Assembly (NCBI GenBank): GCA_046566225.1
Contig: JBKHXC010000522.1
Span: 1 to 34,390 of the forward strand
Direction of reading: 5' to 3'
Origin: Acidimicrobiia bacterium
GTDB taxonomy: Bacteria > Actinomycetota > Acidimicrobiia > Acidimicrobiales > GCA-2861595
DNA: 34,390 nt
In this document: positions 20,733-27,700 of the stretch, in pieces
Layout of the letters: every line of letters starts with the position of its first letter
Position numbering within the stretch: the first letter of the stretch is position 1
Notes under the pieces: model-generated
Databases searched by the model: none
Seen by the model: only the letters and a program-made list of their open reading frames with translations
Told to the model about the DNA's origin: nothing
Translations under genes and position numbers: made by a program

Positions 20733-22301
20733 ATGCGGTGGACGACCATCGTCATCGCCCTCATCCTCCTGTCCACCTCGGAGGACGCCACCGAGTCCCA
20801 CGCCGTCATCGGGGCCGCCCTCCTGGCCTACGCCCTGTGGCGCACGATCCGCCCCCTCGAGTTCTCCGGTGCCGGCCGCCGGGAGGCGTGGCCCATCCTG
20901 CTGGAGGGCGTGCTCGTCGTCATGGCGGCGGTGGCGACCGACTACTGGCGCTCGCCCTACGTGTTCGGGCTGGTCCCCGTCATCGTGGCCGCCGGCTTCG
21001 CCGGGGGCATCCCGCCCGCCCTCCAGGTCATGGCCGGGTGCGTGGCCTCCATCGCCGTCCCCCTGCACCTTCTCGAGGGCCGGGGGGGCACGCGCACCAC
21101 GCTGCAGTGGGCGGTGTGGCTGGGCCTGGTGGCGATGGTGGCCGGCTACACCCGGCGGCTGTCGGTCGTGGCCCGGGAGGAGAGCTCCCGCTTCGCCGGC
21201 CGGCTGCGCCAGCTCTCGGAGGTCAACGACCTCCTGCTCCAGCTCCGCTCGGCGGCCCAGACGGTGCCCATGTCCCTCGACCTGGTTGAGACGCTCGACT
21301 CCAGCGTGGCCCGGCTCCAGGAGCTGCTGGGCCCCGACGCCGTGGTGGTCGCCCTGTGGGAGGACGGCCGCTGGTCGGTGGTGCGCTCGACCGGCGTGCA
21401 GCTGGCGCCCCAGGTCGCCACCGGCCAGCTCCCCGAGCCGCTGCGGCGGGTGGTGGAGTCCAGCGCCCCCGTCCTCGTCGTGCCCCTCGACGACCCGGGC
21501 ACGCCACGGATCGGCGAGGAGTCGCGCACCGGCCTCTACGCCCGGCTGAGCGCCCGCGGCGAGCCGGTCGGCCTGGTGGCCGTCGAGCGGCGCACGGACC
21601 GGGCCTTCACCGACCACGACGTGGCCGTGCTCACCGAGTTCTGCCAGCAGATGGCGATCGGGATCGACAACGCCCGGTGGTTCTCGCGCATCGGGACGCT
21701 GGCCGCCGAGCAGGAGCGAAGCCGCATCGCCCGGGACCTCCACGACCGGGTGGGCCAGTCCCTGGCCCTCATCGGCTTCGAGCTGGACCGGGCGGCGAGC
21801 AGGGGCGCCGACGCCGAGGCCACCGGCCAGCTCCTCGACCTCCGGGAGAACGTCCGGGCGGTGGTCACCGAGCTGCGGGAGACGCTCTACGACCTGCGCA
21901 CCGACGTGTCCGAGGAGCGGGACCTCGCCGTGGCCATGGAGGACTTCCTCGACCGCGTCGGCCGGCGGTCGGGCCTGGCCACCAGCTTCGACCACCACGT
22001 CACCCGGCGCCTGGCGGTCAACGCCGAGCGGGAGGTGTGGCGCATCGCCCAGGAGGCGGTGTACAACGCCGAGCGCCACTCGGGCGCCGGGAAGGTGGCC
22101 ATCGCCTGGACGTGCGACGACCAGGGGGCGGAGCTCACCGTGGCCGACGACGGCGTGGGCATGCCGGCGAGCGGCGACGGCCGCGACGGGGGCTATGGTC
22201 TGCTCGGCATGCAGGAGCGGGCCAACGCCATCGGCGCCTCCCTGGAGCTCTCCCCCACCCCGGGCGGCGGCACCACCGTCCGCCTCCGCCTGAGCCGCTG
22301 A
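20733..22301 (+). CDS. Sensor histidine kinase: N-terminal TM helices, GAF domain, HisKA_3 and HATPase_c (NarL-partner class)
   Basis: Part of track ORF 20328..22301. H-box ERSRIARDLHDRVGQSL, N-box EAVYNAERHSGA, G-boxes DDGVGM and GYGLLGMQERA. GAF-like VVALWEDGRW...GLVAVERR...IGIDNARWF. First in-frame ATG is 20733; the true start may lie upstream (see findings). Confidence 0.85.
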   Translation: MRWTTIVIALILLSTSEDATESHAVIGAALLAYALWRTIRPLEFSGAGRREAWPILLEGVLVVMAAVATDYWRSPYVFGLVPVIVAAGFAGGIPPALQVMAGCVASIAVPLHLLEGRGGTRTTLQWAVWLGLVAMVAGYTRRLSVVAREESSRFAGRLRQLSEVNDLLLQLRSAAQTVPMSLDLVETLDSSVARLQELLGPDAVVVALWEDGRWSVVRSTGVQLAPQVATGQLPEPLRRVVESSAPVLVVPLDDPGTPRIGEESRTGLYARLSARGEPVGLVAVERRTDRAFTDHDVAVLTEFCQQMAIGIDNARWFSRIGTLAAEQERSRIARDLHDRVGQSLALIGFELDRAASRGADAEATGQLLDLRENVRAVVTELRETLYDLRTDVSEERDLAVAMEDFLDRVGRRSGLATSFDHHVTRRLAVNAEREVWRIAQEAVYNAERHSGAGKVAIAWTCDDQGAELTVADDGVGMPASGDGRDGGYGLLGMQERANAIGASLELSPTPGGGTTVRLRLSR

Positions 22302-22936
22302 TGCGGGTCCTCCTGGCCGACGACCACACCCTGCTGCGCGAGGGCCTGCGCCGCTCGCTGGAGGAGGCCGGCGTCGACGTGGTGGGCGAGGCGGCCGACG
22401 GCCTCCAGGCCGTGCGCCTGGCCGGCGAGCTGCGCCCAGACGTGGTGCTGATGGACGTGACCATGCCCCGGCTGGCCGGCGTGGAGGCGACCCGGGAGAT
22501 CCGGGGGCGCTTCCCCGAGGTGGAGGTCCTCATCCTCACCATGCACGCCGACGCCACCGTGGTGAACGACGCCGTGCGGGCCGGCGCCGCCGGCTACCTG
22601 GTCAAGGACTGCACCACCGGCGACATCGTGGCCATGCTCGACGCCGTCGCCTCCGGCGAGGCCTCGCTGTCCCCCGACCTGGCCTCGTCGATGCTGGCCG
22701 AGGCGCAGCGCAGCGACCCGGCGTCGGCGTCGGGGGGGCTGCTCACCCACCGGGAGGAGGAGGTCCTCAAGCTCATCGCCGACGGCGCCTCGACGCCCGA
22801 GGTGGCGGCCGCCCTGTTCATCAGCACCAAGACCGTCCGCCACCACCTGTCGTCGATCTACGAGAAGCTGGACTCCCGCGACCGCACCCAGGCGGTGATC
22901 CGGGCGGTGCGGATGGGGATCATCCGGCTCGATTGA
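22301..22936 (+). CDS. NarL/LuxR-family response regulator (REC plus HTH)
   Basis: MRVLLADDHTLLREGL...VVLMDVTMP... is the receiver domain. LTHREEEVLKLIADGASTPEVAAALFISTKTVRHHLSSIYEKL is the LuxR-type HTH. ATG 22301 overlaps the kinase stop (TGATG). Confidence 0.93.
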   Translation: MRVLLADDHTLLREGLRRSLEEAGVDVVGEAADGLQAVRLAGELRPDVVLMDVTMPRLAGVEATREIRGRFPEVEVLILTMHADATVVNDAVRAGAAGYLVKDCTTGDIVAMLDAVASGEASLSPDLASSMLAEAQRSDPASASGGLLTHREEEVLKLIADGASTPEVAAALFISTKTVRHHLSSIYEKLDSRDRTQAVIRAVRMGIIRLD

Positions 22937-24288
22937 ACCGGACGGCCGCTCGCCTCTCCCCCCCACTCGCCTACGTCGGGCTCGCCGCCATCCCCCTGGC
23001 GACCGCCACCGCCTTCCTGGTGCTGGGTGCCGGGTACGTCCTCGACGACTGGTGGTTCCGGGCCAACGCCCGCTTCGACGGAGGATGGTCCGTCGCCGGC
23101 GACCACACCGGGCAGCGGCCGCTCGCCGTCCCCCTGTGGGCGCTCGCCTTCGGCGTCTGGGCCGGCCGGCCGGTGCCCGCCGTGCTGCTCCAGGCGGCCG
23201 CCGGGGGACTGTTCGCCGTGTGCCTCGCACTCCTGCTCCGCCGGGTCCTCCCCGAGCCGCTGTCCGTCGCCGTGGCCGGGGCGTGGGCCCTGCTCCCGAC
23301 CCACCTCTCCCTCGAGGTGTGGCTGTCGTGCATCAACCTGGCCTGGTCCCAGGCCGCCCTGGCCGTGGGCCTGCTGGTGGGCTGGCGCGACGACCGCCGT
23401 TGGTGGCACCTGGCCGCCATGGGCGGCTGCTTCGCCCTCGCCGTGCTCGCCTACGAGGCCAACGTCGTGGTCGCCGCCGTGGCGGCCGTCGCCCTGCCGT
23501 GGCTCCGGGACCGGCGGCCGGACTGGACGCTCGTGGCCGTCGCCGCCGCCTCGTCGGCCGCCGCCCTGCTCTGGGTGACGACTCACTGGTTCGAGGGGAA
23601 GAGGCCGGGGTCGCCGGCGCCCGTCCAGGACGTCTTCGCCGCCAACGTGGCGTGGGGCTTCGTGAACCCGGGCCCGGTGGCCAGGGCCCTCACCGGGGCG
23701 GCCGCCGTGGCGCGGGCCGGGGCCAGCGCCCGCCTGCTCCTGCCGTCGTTCCGCCGCTCGGCCGGGCGCCCCGAGTGGATGATCCTGGCCGGCACCGGCG
23801 TCATGGCGGCCGGGACGCTGCCGTTCCTCCTGTACGCCTACGAGCCGCTCGGCGCCGGCGACCGCGTGAACGGCCTGTCGGCGGTGGGCGGCGCCCTGTT
23901 CCTGGTCGGCGTCGCCGCTCTGGCCGCCCGCCTGGCGCCGGTCCTGGCGGTCGTCCTGGCCGCCGCCGGCATCGCCGCCGCCGGCGTCATGCGGGCGGAG
24001 CGGCTCGAGCTGTGGTCCCTCGCCGGGCGCGACGCCGACGCCATCGTCCAGGCCACCGTCGCCGCGGTCCCCGAGCCCAATGGCCTCCTCGTGTTCGGCC
24101 CCAGGCCCATCGCCCGGTGGAAGGTCCTGGCGTTCCTGGACCGCACGAGCATCGAGAGCGCCCTGGAGCTGGCCTACGACGACCGCGCCGTGCGCTCCGA
24201 GCTGACGCACAGCGAGGAGCGGTTCCGATCGGCACCGGCGGCCGCCCGCATCGACATCCGGCCCCTCTCGGCGCTGGACGACCACTGA
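22933..24288 (+). CDS. Polytopic membrane protein of unknown function, translationally coupled to the response regulator
   Basis: Track ORF of 451 aa. The TTG start overlaps the regulator stop (ATTGA). About 9-10 hydrophobic helices, an early loop YVLDDWWFRANARFDGGW, and a C-terminal soluble region of about 90 aa. Very high GC3. Confidence 0.7.
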   Translation: MNRTAARLSPPLAYVGLAAIPLATATAFLVLGAGYVLDDWWFRANARFDGGWSVAGDHTGQRPLAVPLWALAFGVWAGRPVPAVLLQAAAGGLFAVCLALLLRRVLPEPLSVAVAGAWALLPTHLSLEVWLSCINLAWSQAALAVGLLVGWRDDRRWWHLAAMGGCFALAVLAYEANVVVAAVAAVALPWLRDRRPDWTLVAVAAASSAAALLWVTTHWFEGKRPGSPAPVQDVFAANVAWGFVNPGPVARALTGAAAVARAGASARLLLPSFRRSAGRPEWMILAGTGVMAAGTLPFLLYAYEPLGAGDRVNGLSAVGGALFLVGVAALAARLAPVLAVVLAAAGIAAAGVMRAERLELWSLAGRDADAIVQATVAAVPEPNGLLVFGPRPIARWKVLAFLDRTSIESALELAYDDRAVRSELTHSEERFRSAPAAARIDIRPLSALDDH

Positions 24289-24325
24289 CCGTGCCCGGGC
24301 AGGCCGCCGCCGCCGACGCGAATCC

Positions 24326-24365
24326 GGTCACTTGGCCTATTCGCTTCGGCGCTCCGGGAGCCGAT
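24326..24365 (+). promoter_or_regulatory. Conserved bipartite upstream module of flp1: GGTCACTTGGCCTAT, 19 nt, GCCGAT
   Basis: The same two blocks at identical spacing recur upstream of flp2 and flp3, while the intervening sequence differs. GATAGC, starting at the second block, is -10-like. Confidence 0.45.
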
Positions 24366-24402
24366 AGCTTCCTGAGCGTCCATCCCAAGGAGCCGACCCC
24401 AC

Positions 24403-24597
24403 ATGACCCTCATCAGCATGGTCTGGTCCTACTGCCAGGCCAACATCCGGACCCGGATCAGGAACGAGCGGGGCGCCAGCCTCGTGGAGTACGCGCTGCT
24501 GCTGGCCCTCATCGCCGTGGTCTGCATCGCCGCCATCACCTTCATCGGCCGCAAGGCGGAGGAGAGCTTCAGCTCCACCGGCAGCGCCCTGAACTGA
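24403..24597 (+). CDS. flp: Flp/Fap-family type IVb pilin precursor (copy 1)
   Basis: 64 aa: MTLISMVWSYCQANIRTRIRNERG/ASLVEYALLLALIAVVCIAAITFIG... It has the Flp processing motif G/xxxxEY followed by a hydrophobic helix. SD AAGGAG lies 10 nt upstream. Confidence 0.9.
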   Translation: MTLISMVWSYCQANIRTRIRNERGASLVEYALLLALIAVVCIAAITFIGRKAEESFSSTGSALN

Positions 24598-24640
24598 CGT
24601 CGGCGGTCGCCGGACAGGCGACGGGGGTGCGAGCACCCCG

Positions 24641-24668
24641 CCGAAGCGCCCCGGCAGGGGCGCTTCGG
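24641..24668 (+). terminator. GC-rich hairpin after flp1 (12-bp perfect stem, 4-nt loop)
   Basis: CCGAAGCGCCCC-GGCA-GGGGCGCTTCGG. Preceded by two smaller hairpins (24606-24622 and 24624-24639). No T-tract, as is common in high-GC genomes. Confidence 0.55.
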
Positions 24669-24700
24669 GCGCGCCACGGGCCGTGCCCGCGTCGAGAAAG

Positions 24701-24740
24701 GGTCAACTGGCCTATGCAGTCGTCGCGGCTGGTTGCCGAT
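24701..24740 (+). promoter_or_regulatory. Conserved bipartite upstream module of flp2: GGTCAACTGGCCTAT, 19 nt, GCCGAT
   Basis: Same blocks and spacing as at 24326 and 24993. GATGAT is -10-like. Confidence 0.45.
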
Positions 24741-24782
24741 GATTACGGCGGAGTCCTACCGGCGCACACGGGAGCAGACAAG

Positions 24783-24980
24783 ATGCACGACGTCCTGACG
24801 AGGTGGGCACAGATGAGCGCGGCCCGTGCGCAGCGCTTCGCCCGAGACGAGCGAGGTGCCAGCTTCGTCGAGTACGCCATGCTGCTCGCCCTGGTGGTCG
24901 TGGTCTGCGTCGCCGCCGTGACCATGATCGGCACCACCACCGGCGAGAGCCTCAGCTCCACGGCCAGCAGGCTCCCCTAG
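24783..24980 (+). CDS. flp: Flp/Fap-family pilin precursor (copy 2, divergent)
   Basis: Tail of track ORF 23052..24980: MHDVLTRWAQMSAARAQRFARDERG/ASFVEYAMLLALVVVVCVAAVTMIG... ATG 24783 gives a leader length matching flp1 and flp3. ATG 24813 (SD GAGGTGGG) is an alternative. Confidence 0.85.
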   Translation: MHDVLTRWAQMSAARAQRFARDERGASFVEYAMLLALVVVVCVAAVTMIGTTTGESLSSTASRLP

Positions 24981-24992
24981 CCGGTCCCAAAC

Positions 24993-25032
24993 GGTCAGAT
25001 GGCCTATGGCGATCAGCGCAGGCGGCGCCGAT
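24993..25032 (+). promoter_or_regulatory. Conserved bipartite upstream module of flp3: GGTCAGATGGCCTAT, 19 nt, GCCGAT
   Basis: Same blocks and spacing as at 24326 and 24701. GATACT is -10-like. Confidence 0.45.
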
Positions 25033-25077
25033 ACTGGTGACAACTATCCACTCGACAGACAGAGGGCGGGAACGAGC

Positions 25078-25275
25078 ATGAGCGTCATCAACGTGTGCTG
25101 GGCCTGGTGCCAGGCGAACATCCGGGCGAGGATCAGGGACGACCGGGGCGCCAGCCTCGTCGAGTACGCGCTGCTCCTGGCGCTCATCGCCGTCGTGTGC
25201 ATCGCCGCCATCACCTTCATCGGGCAGAAGGCCGACGAGAGCTTCAGCTCCACCGGCAGCGCGCTGAACCAGTAG
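25078..25275 (+). CDS. flp: Flp/Fap-family pilin precursor (copy 3, near-identical mature region to copy 1)
   Basis: Part of track ORF 25006..25275: MSVINVCWAWCQANIRARIRDDRG/ASLVEYALLLALIAVVCIAAITFIGQKADESFSSTGSALNQ. Confidence 0.9.
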   Translation: MSVINVCWAWCQANIRARIRDDRGASLVEYALLLALIAVVCIAAITFIGQKADESFSSTGSALNQ

Positions 25276-25359
25276 TCCTCGCCCTTCCCCGCCGCAACGG
25301 GGCGGCGGCCGGTTCGTGGGGGCGGATGCTTCCGGGGGTTACGGCTCCCCGGGGGACAC

Positions 25360-25392
25360 GCCGAAGGCGCCTCTCTCGGAGGCGCCTTCGGC
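25360..25392. terminator. Bidirectional GC-rich hairpin between convergent flp3 and the 25396..26745 gene (14-bp stem, 5-nt loop)
   Basis: GCCGAAGGCGCCTC-TCTCG-GAGGCGCCTTCGGC. It lies 3 nt from the minus-strand stop codon and 84 nt after the flp3 stop. Confidence 0.55.
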
Positions 25393-25395
25393 GCG

Positions 25396-26745
25396 TCAGG
25401 GGCGCCGGACGGCGACCAGCCAGCCCTTGTCCCGGCGCACGACCTCCCACCCGGGGTCCAGGGCCAGGAGCCCGGCCAGCGGCCGGGAGCGCTGCCACAG
25501 GACGACGTCGACGCCATAGCGGTCGAGGCGCTCCTGCCACCCCTCCCGGCCGTCGAGGAGGGCGATCGAGTCCCGGATCACCGGGGGCGGGTACATGTCG
25601 AAGCGGTCGTCGAAGAACACCTCGGCGTCGGCGCCCTGCTCGGCGATCAGGTAGTTCCCGACGAAGTCCTCGGTGGCGACGCGGCGCTCGAACAGCCCCT
25701 GCTCCTCCATCCACCGCACCTGGCGCACCGGGTACTTCCCCAGGTCGTAGGCGGGCTGCTGGAGGGCGGTGACCACCAGCACGGCGCCCACGGCGGCCAC
25801 CCCGGCGGCGCCCGTGGCGGTGAGCCCGCTGCGGCCCTCGCCCCGCACCGTCCCAAGCCCGGACAGGCCGCGGGCCAGCACGGGCAGGAGCACGATGGTG
25901 GCCAGCGGGGCGTTGCGCACGGCGATGGCGGCGGCGGCGCCGAACACCACCGCCGGCAGGCCGTCCTCGAACGACCGCCGGCGCGAGCACAGGAGCAGGG
26001 CCAGCAGGATCATGCCCAGCAGGGCCAGGTTGGGCGGACGGGAGAAGTTGGGCGACCGCCACTCCGACACCCGCGACAGCAGGTCGTTGCGGGAGAGCAG
26101 CTCGAGGGGGAACACCAGCAGCTTGGCGCCGAGCGGGTTGAGCGCCCCCAGGAGGGCCCCGGCGCCGGCCAGGGCGGCCAGCCGGGGCAGTCCCCCCGGC
26201 GGCGCCCGGTCGATGCGGCGGCCGGCCAGCCGGGCCCCCAGGTACACCAAACCCAGCGGGAAGCTCCCGTGGACGTTCACCCACACCCACATGACGGGGA
26301 GCACGAGCCACGGCGGCGCCTGGTCCCGCTCGGCCAGGAGCACGACTACGGCCATGATCACGAGCGAGAAGAGGAGCGGGCGCTCGGTCCACGCGCTGGT
26401 GCCCACCACCAGCACCGGCGCCACGGCCAGGATGCGCCCGGCCAGGACGCCGGCCGGGCGGCTGAGCACCCAGGCCAGGACGGCGAGGCCGCAGGTGAGC
26501 CCGGCCCGGCCGAGCTGGATGGCGTTGCCGCCGCCGGCCCGCTCGGCCAGCGCCATGAGCGTCGACGCCAGCCAGGAGTAGACCGTCCACGGCTCGCCGG
26601 CGGCGGTGAACGAGAACGGGTCCGACCGGGGGATCCCGTCGGAGAGGATGAGCCGTCCGGTGGCCAGGTGGGTCAGCGCCGAATTGTCCCCCAGGGGGCG
26701 CAGGCCGATGGCCAGGCCCCACAGGGCGGTTGCCCCTCCGACCAC
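25396..26745 (-). CDS. Polytopic membrane protein of unknown function, last gene of the tad assembly operon (GT-C-like architecture)
   Basis: Track ORF of 449 aa, starting at GTG 32 nt after the tadC stop. First loop HLATGRLILSDGIPRSDPFSFTAAGEPWTVYSWL, about 11 hydrophobic helices, and a C-terminal soluble domain of about 110 aa (FFDDRFDMYPPPV...GWEVVRRDKGWLVAVR). Confidence 0.7.
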   Translation of the reverse strand: MVGGATALWGLAIGLRPLGDNSALTHLATGRLILSDGIPRSDPFSFTAAGEPWTVYSWLASTLMALAERAGGGNAIQLGRAGLTCGLAVLAWVLSRPAGVLAGRILAVAPVLVVGTSAWTERPLLFSLVIMAVVVLLAERDQAPPWLVLPVMWVWVNVHGSFPLGLVYLGARLAGRRIDRAPPGGLPRLAALAGAGALLGALNPLGAKLLVFPLELLSRNDLLSRVSEWRSPNFSRPPNLALLGMILLALLLCSRRRSFEDGLPAVVFGAAAAIAVRNAPLATIVLLPVLARGLSGLGTVRGEGRSGLTATGAAGVAAVGAVLVVTALQQPAYDLGKYPVRQVRWMEEQGLFERRVATEDFVGNYLIAEQGADAEVFFDDRFDMYPPPVIRDSIALLDGREGWQERLDRYGVDVVLWQRSRPLAGLLALDPGWEVVRRDKGWLVAVRRP

Positions 26746-26777
26746 CGCGGCAGTCGACGGCGGGCGCAGGGGTCGGC

Positions 26778-27698
26778 TCAGAGGGCGTCGGCGATGTTGA
26801 AGATGGCCGGCCCCAGCACCACCACGAACAGCGACGGGAAGATGCAGAACACCATGGGGAACAGCATCTTGACCGGCGCCTTCTGGGCCCGCTCCTGGGC
26901 CAGCTGGCGGCGGCGCACCCGCATCTCGTCGGCCTGCTGGCGCAGGATGCGCCCGATGGAGATGCCGAAGGCGTCGGCCTGGAGCAGGGCCAGGACGAAC
27001 GACTTCACCTCGGGCACCCCGGTGCGGGCCTCGAAGGCCCGCAGGGCCTCGCCGCGGCTCGAGCCGGCGCGCACCTCGCCGATCATCCTGGCGAACTCCT
27101 CGGAGAGGGGGCCGGGGACCGACGACACCGTGCGGTCGAGCGCCTGCTCGAAGCCGAGGCCCGCCTCCACGCTGATGGTGAGGAGGTCGAGGACGTCGGG
27201 GAGCTTCATCTGCATCTTGTACTGGCGCTCCGCCACCTGCCGGTTGAGGGCGGCATCGGGCCCGAGGACGAGCAGCATGGTGAGGAAGAGGAACACGGCC
27301 AGCGGCGTGCGCCCCTCGAGGGGCAGCAGGAAGAAGCAGGCGAAGAAGGCGACGGGGACGGCGGCGACCGTCACCACCCGGATGGCGAGGAAGCGGTCGA
27401 GGTCGTCGGCCCGGCTCTTGCCGGCGTGGGTCAGCTTCTCCGCCGACTTGGCCACGTAGTCGGCAGGCGTGAGCCGCCGGCCCAGCTTGACGAGCCTCCG
27501 CGTGAAGGGCGCCACGACGCGGGTCTGGAACCCGGCCGCCAGCTCGATCTGGCGGGAGGGGACGTTGGTGGCGGCGTCGTAGGAGTCGAGCTGGCGGAGC
27601 GAGGCCCGGAACTGGGCGCGCTCGGCGAGCTGGCCGGCGGTGGCCCAGAAGGCGAGGGCGAGGGCGCCGAAGACGGAGGCGATGGCGAGGATGAGCAT
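26778..27698 (-). CDS. tadC: Tad pilus platform protein TadC (type II secretion system F family)
   Basis: Tail of track ORF 26778..29570. 306 aa from ATG 27698. T2SSF block LPDVLDLLTISVEAGLGFEQALDRT...GEALRAFEARTG...FVLALLQADAFGISIGRILRQQADEMR, with flanking TM helices. Confidence 0.9.
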   Translation of the reverse strand: MLILAIASVFGALALAFWATAGQLAERAQFRASLRQLDSYDAATNVPSRQIELAAGFQTRVVAPFTRRLVKLGRRLTPADYVAKSAEKLTHAGKSRADDLDRFLAIRVVTVAAVPVAFFACFFLLPLEGRTPLAVFLFLTMLLVLGPDAALNRQVAERQYKMQMKLPDVLDLLTISVEAGLGFEQALDRTVSSVPGPLSEEFARMIGEVRAGSSRGEALRAFEARTGVPEVKSFVLALLQADAFGISIGRILRQQADEMRVRRRQLAQERAQKAPVKMLFPMVFCIFPSLFVVVLGPAIFNIADAL

Positions 27699-27700
27699 GG

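Noticed and set aside
23800-23900. The tetrapeptide GAGD in the 22933..24288 membrane protein (YEPLGAGDRVNGLSAVGG), reminiscent of the GxGD active site of TadV/CpaA prepilin peptidases. The gene also sits where tadV often lies.
   Set aside because: The following residues (RVN rather than V/I-K-L) do not fit the family motif. I could not find a first catalytic Asp motif at the expected distance. The protein is two to three times longer than TadV. A profile search is still worthwhile, but this does not support an annotation.
24331-24345. The TGGCC core of the flp upstream motif read as a sigma-54 (-24 GG / -12 GC) promoter.
   Set aside because: In none of the three copies is there a TTGC-like element at the required spacing after the GG. 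Sigma-54 is also not expected in Actinomycetota.
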